DNA from: an uncultured Acidobacteriota bacterium
GTDB lineage: Bacteria; Acidobacteriota; Vicinamibacteria; Vicinamibacterales; UBA2999
Reading direction: 5' to 3'
Assembly (NCBI GenBank): GCA_963731785.1
Contig: CAVSWX010000009.1
Coordinates: forward strand, 49,449 to 113,448
Length of the DNA: 64,000 nt
The first letter of the stretch is position 1, and the number at the start of each line of letters is the position of its first letter. Under the pieces are notes generated by a model that was not told the DNA's origin, did not search any database, and saw only the letters and a program-made list of their open reading frames with translations. Positions 1-10,320 of the stretch are shown here, piece after piece. The translations under genes and the position numbers were made by a program.

Positions 1-871
<871 letters not shown>

Positions 872-995
872 GACGGAAAGCCTACTTCATTCGCGGCGCG
901 GTACTGCTGCATGACGGTCCCGGCACCGGGCGTTATACTGCTTCCCCTCTCCGAGTAACGGGAGCGAGTCGCAGTTCACTACGAGGGAAGGCACG

Positions 996-2010
996 ATGAT
1001 CACGCATGACATCCGGCATCTCGTCTTACGTCCGCTTGCGATCGTCGCCGGGACCGCGTGCCTCGTCCCGATCGCGTTGGCGGCGCAGCAGCCTCCGCCG
1101 GCGCCGGATCGTGCGGCGATCGAGCGGCAGGCCGAGATCGCGAAGCTGCCCGACACGCCGGGCACCGGGCGCTTCCCGGCGATGAAGGAGGAGGTGCCGT
1201 CGCTACCCCGTCACGTGGTCTACCGCCCCAAGGACCTTGGCGGCCTCGGTGGACTGAAGCTGGGCGTGGTGGCCTGGGGCAATGGCGGGTGTTCGGACGA
1301 CGGCGCCAGCAGCCGCTTCCACCTGCTCGAAATCGCCTCTCATGGATATCTGGTGATCGCGAGCGGCCGCATCCTCAGTGGTCCCGGCGCACCGCCGCCG
1401 GCGCCCCGCCCGGCGGCCACACCGGGTCAGCCCCCGGCGCCCCGCACGCAGGTGTCGGATCTGACCGACGCGGTCAACTGGGCGCTCGCCGAGAACCAGC
1501 GCTCCGGCAGCCCCTATTTCGGCCGGCATCGATCCGGCGCAGATCGCGTATTCGGGCTGGAGTTGCGGCGGACTGCAGGCGCTCCAGGTCGCGAAGGACC
1601 CGCGCGTGAAGACGCTGGTGATCCACAACAGCGGCGTGCTGAACGACGGTCCCACCAGCACGATCCCGGGCATGAACGTCGGCAAGGAGGTGCTGCAGAC
1701 GCTGCACACGCCCGTGATCTACATCCAGGGCGGACCCACCGACATCGCGTACGCGAACGGCATGGATGACTTCACGCGCGTCGCGCATGTGCCGATTGCG
1801 ATCGCCAATCTGCCCGTCGGGCATGGCGGCACCTTCTTCGAACCCAACGGTGGGGCGGCCGCGTCGGTCGCGGTGAGCTGGCTCAATTGGCAGCTTCGCG
1901 GCGATGCCGACAGCGGCAGGCGGTTCGTGGGCGAGGCGTGCGGGCTCTGTCAGGACGCGCGGTGGTCGCTGCAACGCAAGCAGTTCCCCGCGGCTCCCGC
2001 CGGCAAGTAA
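996..2010 (+). CDS. secreted alpha/beta-hydrolase (GxSxG = GWSCGG); frame break near 1527
   Basis: Signal peptide MITHDIRHLVLRPLAIVAGTACLVPIALAAQ. ORFs 996..1769 and 1606..2010 join into ..SPYFGR|IDPAQIAYSGWSCGGLQALQVAKDPRVKTLVIHNSGV.. if one extra c near 1527 is removed. Confidence 0.7.
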
Positions 2011-2027
2011 CGCGGTTCGGGTGTCAG

Positions 2028-2747
2028 CTAGGTCGGTGCGACGACCAGCACCGCCTTGGCCGCATAAGACCCGCGCTGGCGCGTCACATCCGAATGGACG
2101 CCCTGCTTGATCGGATCGTTGTCGTTGAACGTCTTCCGCTTCGAGGCATGCTCGCGATAGGGCTGCCACGTCGCAAAGACGTCTTTGGTGACGTCATCGG
2201 GAAAGAAGACCTGGCTCGCGACCACTTCCTTGCCGCCCAGGAACACCTTGAAGTGCACGTGCGGCGTGCGACCGCCGTACCAGCTGGGAAAGATCGTGCG
2301 GAACCGCACGTTGCCGGCCGCATCGGTGATCTGCGTCCCGCGCAGGTACTGCTGCCCCACGGCCGGCTTGGTCGAAATGCCGCCGACGCCCGATTGACGC
2401 TCGTAGCCCGAATACAGCCCCAACGCATCGGCGTGCCACACATCGACGCGCGCGTTCGCCAGCGTCGCGCAGTCGCCGGCCCGCACGACCTGGAGCGCCA
2501 GCTCCAGCGGCGCCCCGGGCTGGGCCGACGTGATGTCCGAGCGAACCAGTTTGGGATCGAGATAGAACGGCCCCTCGCCCGCTTCAGGCGTGAGCACACA
2601 GCTGCCCGGCCGCTGCGCCCACGCCGGTGTGGCGTGCATCGCCGCGAGGATGAGGCCGGACAGTCCGACCAGCGCGCGGCGCCTGCCAACGTCGATCGCG
2701 CTCGGCCGCCACGATGGAGCAATCCCCATTCGATCACTGTCGTCCAT
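2028..2747 (-). CDS. intradiol ring-cleavage dioxygenase family protein with a twin-arginine (Tat) signal
   Basis: GPFYLD..., VDVWHADALGLYSGY and GRTPHVHFKV are intradiol dioxygenase hallmarks. N-terminus DVGRRRALVGLSGLILAAMHATPAWA. GGGAGG Shine-Dalgarno (SD) 7 nt upstream of the ATG at 2747. Confidence 0.8.
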   Translation of the reverse strand: MDDSDRMGIAPSWRPSAIDVGRRRALVGLSGLILAAMHATPAWAQRPGSCVLTPEAGEGPFYLDPKLVRSDITSAQPGAPLELALQVVRAGDCATLANARVDVWHADALGLYSGYERQSGVGGISTKPAVGQQYLRGTQITDAAGNVRFRTIFPSWYGGRTPHVHFKVFLGGKEVVASQVFFPDDVTKDVFATWQPYREHASKRKTFNDNDPIKQGVHSDVTRQRGSYAAKAVLVVAPT

Positions 2748-2808
2748 CGCCCACCTCCCGGAAAGGTTCCCGCGGACGGATGATACGCCGAGCGACACGC
2801 AGACCCGC

Positions 2809-4804
2809 TTACGTCAAGGAATAGTCGCGCTGCGTGCGCGCGTACTCAATGAAAAAGTCCAGCGACTCGACGTTAGCCATGGCGGCGCGATTGGCGGCCT
2901 TGTCCACCGGCACGCCCATCAGGATGCGGCGCACCGGCACTTCCATCTTCTTGCCGGTCAGCGTGTAGGGGATGGCGTTGACCTGAAGGATCTTGTCGGG
3001 GACGTGGCGCGGCGAGTATTCACGCCGGATCTGCGCGCGGATCTGATCGGCGATGTCCTCGTCCAGCGGGGCATCACCCTTGGTCTTCACGAACAGCGGC
3101 ATGAAGAACCGCCCTCCGGGCAGGTCCAGATTGACGATCAGCGAGTCTTCCACCGCCGGCACGCCGAGCAGCGAGCGATAGACCTCGGCGGTGCCGATGC
3201 GCACGCCGTGACGATTGAGCGTCGCGTCGGAGCGCCCGAGCACGAAGCAGCCGCCGCGCGCGTTCACGCGGAAGAAGTCGCCGTGACGCCAGATCCCCGG
3301 GTACTGATCGAAGTACGACTCGCGATAGCGGCTGCCGTCGCTGTCGCCCCAGAAACCCACCGGCATGGACGGCATGGGCTCCGTCAGCACGAGCTCGCCG
3401 ACCTGATCGACGAGGGTGTTGCCCTGCTCGTCGAAGGCGTAGGCGGCCACGCCCAGCTGGCGCGCCTGGATTTCACCGGCGTAGATCGGCAGGTTGACCA
3501 CGCCTCCCACCAGCCCGGTGCAGATGTCGGTGCCGCCGCTGCCGGCATGCGCCCACATGTCCTTTTTCACCTTCTCATAGAACCAGTTCTGGCAGTCGGG
3601 GGTGACGGGTGAACCCGCGAGGACGATGGTTTCGAGTGCGTCGAGCGTGAAACGCTCCCCGGGCACGACGCCCGCTTTCTCGAGGAGGCTCTGGTAGCTG
3701 GGGCTGGCGCCGAACAGATGCGCACCGGTGTCGTCGGCCAGCTTCCAGAGCAGATCGGGCGAGGGCCACGTCGGGTTGCCGTCGTAGAGCACGGGCACGA
3801 CGTCGACGATCAGGCTGCTGGCGAGGAAGTTCCACATCATCCAGCCGGTGGACGTGAAGAAGAACATGCGCTGGCGGGCGTGCATGTCCATGTGGAAGTG
3901 AAACAGCTTCAGCTGCTCGAGGGTGATGCCGCCGTGGCAGTGGATGATCGGCTTGGGCAGCCCGGTGGTGCCGGACGAAAACAGAATCCACAACGGATGC
4001 GCGAACGGCACCTGCTCGAATTGAAATGCCTCGCGGCCTGGATCGGGACCCGCGAGCACGTCCGGCCAGAGCAGCGCGCCCGGCGTGATCGGCGTTCGAT
4101 CGTCGAGGATCGAGATACGGGAGATGGACTACGTGGGCGAGCGTCGGCAGCTGCCCGATGATCTCCCGGATGTCGGCGCGCCGGTCGAAGGCCTTGCCGC
4201 CGTAGCTGTAACCGTCGACGCAGAACATCAGCCTGGGCGCGAGCTGCGAATAGCGATCGAGCACGCCGCGTGTGCCGAAGTCGGGACCACAACTCGACCA
4301 CACCGCGCCGATGCTCGCGGTCGCGAGCATGGCGATGATGGCTTCGGGTGTATTCGGCAGATACGCGACGACGCGATCGCCGGGCGCAATGCCGAGTGCG
4401 CGCATGCGGGTGGCGAGCACGCGCACCTGGCGCGCCAGCTCGGGCCACGACAGGGCCGCCAGCGGCCGGCGCTCGGAGAGATGCAGCAGCGCGTCCTCGC
4501 CCGGACGCTCGTGCCGCAGCGCGTGGTGCGCGTAGTTGAGCCTGGCGCCCGGAAACCACTCCGCGCCCGGCATGGCACGCGCTCCGAGCACGCGGGCGGG
4601 AGGCGTGGAACACTCCAGGCCGCAGAACTCGGCCATCGAGCCCCAGAACGCCTCGAGGTCGGCCACCGACCAGCGCCACAGCGCTTCGTAATCGTCAAAG
4701 GTGCGACCGCGCTCGGCGAGCCAGCGCAGGTAGCGCGTGAGATGCGAGCGCGCGACGCGCGACGCCGAGGGAGTCCAGAGCAGCGTGCCTTCTTCGACCT
4801 TCAT
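2809..4804 (-). CDS. acetoacetyl-CoA synthetase (AMP-forming); frame break near 4100
   Basis: N-terminal half (MKVEEGTLLWTPSASRV..WFPGARLNYAHHAL..) is in ORF 3575..4879. The C-terminal half (WILFSSGTTGLPKPIIHCHGG..) is in ORF 2809..4059. Length is not a multiple of 3. Confidence 0.85.
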
Positions 4805-4853
4805 GCGGAACAGTGATTGTAATTCCGCCTTGAGGATGGAAGGGGGCTGCGCC

Positions 4854-5918
4854 CTACGGCATGGGTCCAGGAAGGACACCCGGCGCGTTCAACCGCACGC
4901 GAAACAGCAGGTTGCACGCCGTGATGTAGAGCCCCTTCGCATCGGGGTCGCCGAAGGCCACGTTGGTGGCGCAGACCTGCCGTCTCGGCTCGCCCGGTAT
5001 CTCGGGCAGTTGAATCGTTCCCAGACGCTTGCCCTCGGGCGAGGTGATGCGCACCTCACCGGGCCCGGCTCCGGTCGTCGAGTAGACGTTGCCGCGGCGA
5101 TCGACCTTCAGGCCGTCGTTGCCGGCGACGTCGAGAAACTCGCGGCGGTTGGCCACGGTGCCGTCGGGCCGCACGTCGTACCGCATGATCTTGCGGCCGA
5201 ACGTCACGTACAGATGCCGTTCGTCCTCCGAGAGCGCGATGCCGTTCGGGAAGGCGTCGGGGAAATCCCGGTTGTCATCGAGGAGCGTGATCTTGCCGTC
5301 CTTGATCAGATAGAAGCCGTTCTGCGCCAGCTCGCGAGCGGGGCTGCTCGCGCCGCCGCGCAGCCCGGAATTGCCGTCCGTGAAATAGATGGCGCCATCG
5401 GACCTGACGGTCACGTCGTTCGGCCCGCTGAACCGCTTGCCCTCGTAGCGGTCGGCCAGAATCGTTCGCGTCCCGTCCTTCTCCATCCGCATGACGGCCC
5501 GGGCCGCCGGCGAGCACACGACGAGCCGGCCCTGTCGATCGAGGGTCATGCCGTTCGAGCCGATGATGATGACCGCCATGCGGCCGCTGCGCGTCTGCTG
5601 CCCGACGTTGAGCAGGTCGGGGCCGTCGTAGATGTTCTCCGCCAGCACCGACAACTGCCCCGCCGGTGTGCGCTTGTAGATGACGTTGGCCGTCAGATCG
5701 CTGAACGCCAGATAGCCGCCGCCCGCGTCCGAAATCCACACCGGACCTTCGGTGAGGCCGAAGTGCTCGCCGAGCGTTTCCAGCTTCGCGTCGGGCGCGA
5801 CGATCGCGTCGAGCGCCGGGTCCAGCCTGATGATCCGGAAGTCGCGCGCGGCGGGCCCCTGCGCCTGCACCACCATCACGCTCAGCGCCACGGCGATGGC
5901 AGCGGCAGCGAGTCTCAT
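4854..5918 (-). CDS. secreted SMP-30/gluconolactonase/LRE-like beta-propeller protein
   Basis: Signal MRLAAAAIAVALSVMVVQAQG. Motifs LTEGPVW, SGPNDVTV, FPNGIALSEDERHLYV. GAGGTG SD before the ATG at 5918 (alternative ATG at 5930). Confidence 0.75.
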   Translation of the reverse strand: MRLAAAAIAVALSVMVVQAQGPAARDFRIIRLDPALDAIVAPDAKLETLGEHFGLTEGPVWISDAGGGYLAFSDLTANVIYKRTPAGQLSVLAENIYDGPDLLNVGQQTRSGRMAVIIIGSNGMTLDRQGRLVVCSPAARAVMRMEKDGTRTILADRYEGKRFSGPNDVTVRSDGAIYFTDGNSGLRGGASSPARELAQNGFYLIKDGKITLLDDNRDFPDAFPNGIALSEDERHLYVTFGRKIMRYDVRPDGTVANRREFLDVAGNDGLKVDRRGNVYSTTGAGPGEVRITSPEGKRLGTIQLPEIPGEPRRQVCATNVAFGDPDAKGLYITACNLLFRVRLNAPGVLPGPMP

Positions 5919-6054
5919 GCGACACCTCATTCGAAGCCCTGCGGGACGGCCCATGAGGTGCGATTATCAACGAAGGCAGGCGGGTCCGCAGCCCTACCGC
6001 CCCAGCGGTCGCTGGGGCGGAGTCGCTGAGGCCACCGTGACGGGCCTGCCCCGG

Positions 6055-7731
6055 TCAGCTCGCCGCGCGCAGGGGCTGGACCGACGCCGCGGCCCCGTTC
6101 ATCGCCGCGTTGGCGACCGCCGTCTTGAGCAGGCGGCGCATGATCTTCCCGCTGGTCGTCTTCGGCAGCTCGTCGACGATCTCGACGACCCGCGGATATT
6201 TGTAGGCCGCCATCCGTTCCTTGACGAACGACTTGATGCCGTCGGGGTCGACGTCGTGCCCGGGCTTGAGGCTCACCACCGCCTTGATGGTTTCGCCGCG
6301 GTAGGCGTCGGCAATGCCCACCACGGCCGCCTCGCGCACGGCGGGATGGAGGTAGAGCACCTCCTCCACTTCGCGCGGCCACACTTTGAAGCCCGAGGCG
6401 ATGATCATGTCCTTGGCGCGGTCGACCAGGTAGAACCACCCCGCCTCGTCCACGAAGCCCACGTCGCCCGTCCGCAGCTCCCGATTCCGGAGCGACGCGG
6501 CGGTCTCCTTCGGCTTCCGCCAGTAGCGCGGAATGATTTGCGGCCCGGCAATCACGAGCTCGCCGATCTCGCCCGGAAGTGCCTCCAGGCCGTTGTCGGT
6601 GACCACCCGGACGTCGGTGTTGAACACGGGCACGCCAATCGAGACCACGCCGGTCTTCGGATCCACGGGCGGGATGGCGCCGTGCGGCGTCATGTGCGTG
6701 GGCGAGGTCGCCTCCGTCAGGCCGTACATCGGGTGGATCCGCGTGCCGGTGCGCGCGTGCCACTCGTCGAGGACGCCTGGCGGCGTCGGCGCGCCACCCG
6801 TGTAGACCTTGGTGAGCGACGAGAGGTCGTGCTTGCCCATCGCCTCGCTGTTGAGCAGGGCGATGAAGGCGGTGACGGCCGACACGGTGAACGTGGCCCG
6901 ATGACGCGCCACGAGCTGGCAGGCCTCCTCCGCATCGAACCGGTAGAAGAGCACGAGCGGGCTCCCCGTCAGAAAGGCCAGGCACACGTGACCGATCAGG
7001 CCGGTGACGTGAAACAGCGGAGCCAGCCCGAGAATCGTGTCCGCCTCGGTCAAGCCGATCCAGCGCTCGTAGACAGTGGTCGCGAACACGACGTTGCGGT
7101 GCGTGTTCAACGCGGCTTTCGGCTCCCCCGTCGTGCCCGACGTGTACACCATGAAGGCCGCGGCATCGCCGGGGATCTCGATGGGTTCGGGCACCTTGCC
7201 GGCGTGCTCGGCAATGAGCGCGACGAGATCCGCAACTTCCAGATGGCTGCCGCGGGTGGATCCCGCCAACACGCGCGGCGCTTCCGCGCGCGGGGTCAGA
7301 AAGTCGAGCGCCGAGGTGGTGATCGTGTGGGCGACGTCGGTGGACGGCACGACCTCGCGCGCCACGTCGGCGTAGAGATCGTCCTGGCAGATCAGAACGC
7401 GGCTGCCGGAATCGTTGAGGATCTTCACGAGCTCGCGCTCGCGCAGCATCGGATTGCACGGCACGATGACCGCGCCGCACTTCCAGGCGGCCAGCACGGT
7501 CACGAGCACCTGCGGGACGTTCTGCATGTACATCGCGATGCGATCGCCGGGCTCGGTGCCCTGCTGCTGCAGCGCGACGGCGAGGGCGTCGGACATCGCG
7601 TCGAGCTGACCGGCGGTCAGCGATCGATCGAAGTAGTGCACCAGCACGGCATCGGGTCCCTGTCGCTGCACCGTGGACCGGAACATGTCTAGGGCTGTGG
7701 CGCTCGCCGGCTCGATGGTTCTTCGGGTCAT
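6055..7731 (-). CDS. AMP-dependent acyl-CoA synthetase/ligase (FadD-like)
   Basis: Intact 558-aa ORF with MVYTSGTTGEPKA, YGLTE, TGDVGFVDEAGWFYLVDRAKDMI and LPKTTSGKIMRR. Confidence 0.85.
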   Translation of the reverse strand: MTRRTIEPASATALDMFRSTVQRQGPDAVLVHYFDRSLTAGQLDAMSDALAVALQQQGTEPGDRIAMYMQNVPQVLVTVLAAWKCGAVIVPCNPMLRERELVKILNDSGSRVLICQDDLYADVAREVVPSTDVAHTITTSALDFLTPRAEAPRVLAGSTRGSHLEVADLVALIAEHAGKVPEPIEIPGDAAAFMVYTSGTTGEPKAALNTHRNVVFATTVYERWIGLTEADTILGLAPLFHVTGLIGHVCLAFLTGSPLVLFYRFDAEEACQLVARHRATFTVSAVTAFIALLNSEAMGKHDLSSLTKVYTGGAPTPPGVLDEWHARTGTRIHPMYGLTEATSPTHMTPHGAIPPVDPKTGVVSIGVPVFNTDVRVVTDNGLEALPGEIGELVIAGPQIIPRYWRKPKETAASLRNRELRTGDVGFVDEAGWFYLVDRAKDMIIASGFKVWPREVEEVLYLHPAVREAAVVGIADAYRGETIKAVVSLKPGHDVDPDGIKSFVKERMAAYKYPRVVEIVDELPKTTSGKIMRRLLKTAVANAAMNGAAASVQPLRAAS

Positions 7732-8418
7732 GACAGTCTCACTGCTCCTTCTTCACTCACTTCACTCACGGTAGCCATCTGTCGTGTCGTCCCGATCTCG
7801 CGCTGGTAAACACGGAGCGTCCAAGCGCAGCGGTATCGCACGTCTCTGCCGAGGCGTGAAGACTCGATGTCCGTCGCGTGACATCAGAGCAAGAGCCGCG
7901 CCGTTCTCGACGCGAGCGTTCCGCGTATTTGCTTTTGATTTCGTGAGTGTGACCGCGCTGACGTGCGATCCAGAGGTCACGTTCTTGTGTCCGCATGACA
8001 GCCGAATTCAACACGATTGTTGGAGTTCGAGATTGGCACTCTGAGCGTGCGGCGCCGCGGCGTCGGAGCACGCGACGCGGAATCAGCTAATCCGATAACG
8101 ACAATCGTGAGCGAATCGCGCGTGCCGGCCAACAGTATCGTAGGACTGAGCTGTGAAGCTCGACAACGCCGGCACGTGTCCCGTGTTGGGCGAACGCGTC
8201 CCGTTCCAGAACAGATCCGCCAAGTCGTAGATGCCGCCGCGACTTCCACCAGTTCCAGCCCCGCTCGCTGTCTCGAGGTGGAACATCGGCGCTTCGGGAG
8301 GCCGGCGCGGGCATTTCGCTCAATTCATTTACATAGAACGAGTTCCGCGGACCTGAGCCATACGGAGCGTCTCTTGCGATGGCGGATGAGCATCACCGTG
8401 TCATCGAGGAGGTTCCCT

Positions 8419-10239
8419 GTGTCGTCGTCATCTCACCGTCGTGCCGCCATCAAGCCGGTCGCTGCACTATGCCTGCTCCTCGCAGGGCTGTTCTCGGTCG
8501 GCTCGCGGCCCATCGCGGGTGAAACCGGCAACAAGCCCAAAGTCAAAGCGTCGAAGCTGGATCGGCATCTCGAGAAGATGGCGAGAACGCCGGGCGCCAC
8601 GGTGCGCGTGATCGTCCGGACCGCGAAGGGCAAAGCCGCGGATGTCGAAACCCGCCTGGCGCGACGTGGTTCGTTCAAGCAGGGTGACTTACCCTCCATC
8701 GGCGCCTTCGCCGCCGATGTGACCGGATCGGATCTCGGCGAACTCGAGCGCGATCCCGACGTGCTCGGCGTGTCGACGGACGCCGTGGTCACGAGCTTCG
8801 GCACCGGGCTGAAGAGCGCCGCCGCCGGCGACACGCTCGCCGAAGTGCTCGGGGTCGACGCCGGGCGCTGGTCCGGCGACAAGATCGGCATTGCGGTCAT
8901 CGACTCGGGTCTCCAGCGTGGACGGGATCTCGACGGGGGCCGCACCGACAAGTTCTTCGACCTGAGCACGACCGGCGGCGATCGCGCCTTCGACGACTAC
9001 GGCCACGGTACCCACGTCGCCGGGTTGATTGGCGGCACCGGGCGTCAGTCGAAGGTCAAGAAGATGACGCGCGACGACCATGGCAGGCTCGAGATTCGCG
9101 AGGTGCCCTATTACGCCGGAGTCGCTCCCCGCGCCCGCATCCTGTCCTTCAAAGTGCTCGATGAGAACGGCGCCGGCTACACCAGTCAGGTCATCGAGGC
9201 GCTGGACTACATCGTCGAGCACAAGTCCCGCCTCAAGATCGACATCGTGAACCTGTCGCTCGGACATCCGGTCTTCGAGCCTGCGGCCACCGATCCACTC
9301 GTGTTGGCGGTCGAACGCGCCGTGCGCTCGGGGCTCGTGGTGGTGGCCGCGGCCGGTAATTACGGTCGCAATCCGGACACCGGATCGGTTGGCTACGCCG
9401 GCATCACGTCTCCGGGCAACGCGCCATCAGCGATCACCGTCGGGGCCTACGACTCCCACGGGACGGTCTCGCGATTCGACGACACCATCCCTGAGTACTC
9501 CTCGCGAGGCCCGAGCTGGTACGACGGATACGCCAAGCCTGACGTCGTGGCGCCGGGCACGGCGCTCGTGGCAGCCGCAGCGCCGGGCAGCACCTTGTTC
9601 CGCTCGTATCCGGGCCGGCGGGTCGCCGACATCTATGGCGCGCCCAGCTATTTCCGCCTGAGCGGCACGAGCATGGCGACGGCGGTGACGTCGGGAGCCA
9701 TCGCGCTCATGCTCGAGGCATCCCGCGACGACCACAAGGCGGATCTGACGCCGAATGCGATCAAGGCAATCCTCCAGTACACCGCGCTGCCAATGGCCGG
9801 GTACGACCGGCTGACCCAGGGCGCGGGTTCACTGAACCTCGTCGGGGCGCTCGAGCTCGCAGAGAAGATCGATCCGGAGGCCGCCGTCGGCACGCCGTGG
9901 CTCACCGCTCCGTTCTCTGGGGCGACGGAAGTCGACGGGGTCACCTATCAGTGGGGCCAGGCGGTCATCTGGGGCAGCGCCGTGATCTGGGGCAGCACGG
10001 TCGAGTCCAATCAGCCGGCCTGGTCGCAGGCGGTCATCTGGGGCAGCACCGCGGTCTGGGGCCACGCGGTGATCTGGGGCTCGAACGTCGTCTGGGATCA
10101 GCCCGGCGTCTGGGCCAATGCCGTCATCTGGGGCAGCAGCAACATCGGCGTGACCGACGGACACGCAGTGATCTGGGGGAGCGCGGACGGCCTGACGGCC
10201 GAGTCGATCGCATGGCGCCCGCTGTCGCCCGATCAATAG
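8419..10239 (+). CDS. secreted subtilisin-like serine protease (S8) with a C-terminal hexapeptide Trp-Gly repeat region
   Basis: Catalytic triad contexts AVIDSG, HGTHVAG, SGTSMATAV. GAGGAGG SD 6 nt before the GTG at 8419 gives signal SSSSHRRAAIKPVAALCLLLAGLFSV (in-frame ATG alternative at 8386). The ORF-track start at 8017 is unlikely. Confidence 0.85.
   Translation: MSSSSHRRAAIKPVAALCLLLAGLFSVGSRPIAGETGNKPKVKASKLDRHLEKMARTPGATVRVIVRTAKGKAADVETRLARRGSFKQGDLPSIGAFAADVTGSDLGELERDPDVLGVSTDAVVTSFGTGLKSAAAGDTLAEVLGVDAGRWSGDKIGIAVIDSGLQRGRDLDGGRTDKFFDLSTTGGDRAFDDYGHGTHVAGLIGGTGRQSKVKKMTRDDHGRLEIREVPYYAGVAPRARILSFKVLDENGAGYTSQVIEALDYIVEHKSRLKIDIVNLSLGHPVFEPAATDPLVLAVERAVRSGLVVVAAAGNYGRNPDTGSVGYAGITSPGNAPSAITVGAYDSHGTVSRFDDTIPEYSSRGPSWYDGYAKPDVVAPGTALVAAAAPGSTLFRSYPGRRVADIYGAPSYFRLSGTSMATAVTSGAIALMLEASRDDHKADLTPNAIKAILQYTALPMAGYDRLTQGAGSLNLVGALELAEKIDPEAAVGTPWLTAPFSGATEVDGVTYQWGQAVIWGSAVIWGSTVESNQPAWSQAVIWGSTAVWGHAVIWGSNVVWDQPGVWANAVIWGSSNIGVTDGHAVIWGSADGLTAESIAWRPLSPDQ
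9946..10221 (+). repeat. coding hexapeptide (18-bp) repeat x-V-[IV]-W-G-x in the S8 protease C-terminus
   Basis: ..YQWGQ AVIWGS AVIWGS ..AWSQ AVIWGS TAVWGH AVIWGS NVVWDQ PGVWAN AVIWGS ..GH AVIWGS ..IAWRP: 12 Trp in about 92 residues. Confidence 0.85.
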
Positions 10240-10320
10240 ACGAACGCGGGCGCTGCCGGCGGCGTCCGGGCAACGGGCTGCCAGCGGTCTCGAGTCGCCC
10301 ACGCCGCGCGGGCTTGGCAG

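Noticed and set aside
5752-7692. 646-aa plus-strand ORF, together with similar long ORFs at 23907..26516, 25507..26790, 18557..19834, 41891..42844, 52813..54051, 54036..55328, 59389..60939 and 61012..62655.
   Set aside because: Each lies antisense to, or out of frame with, a gene with clear family motifs. Their translations are Arg/Ala/Gly/Pro/His-rich, which is typical of non-coding frames in high-GC DNA.
8034-8050. TGGCAC box (TGGCACtctgagcgtgc) as a sigma-54 promoter for the protease. Also degenerate GG-N10-GC boxes at 8364, 7889(-) and 25597(-).
   Set aside because: The GC at 8034 is displaced by 2 nt from the required spacing. The other boxes keep only GG/GC plus a partial TTGC, which is expected by chance at this GC content.
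8015-8050. T-loop-like GAGTTCGAGATTGG suggesting a tRNA.
   Set aside because: No complementary T-stem, acceptor stem or anticodon arm could be drawn. I saw no tRNA or rRNA anywhere in the window.
9946-10221. Regular 18-bp repeats as a possible CRISPR or non-coding tandem array.
   Set aside because: The repeats are contiguous with no spacers, in frame within the protease ORF, and encode the x-V-I-W-G-S hexapeptide.
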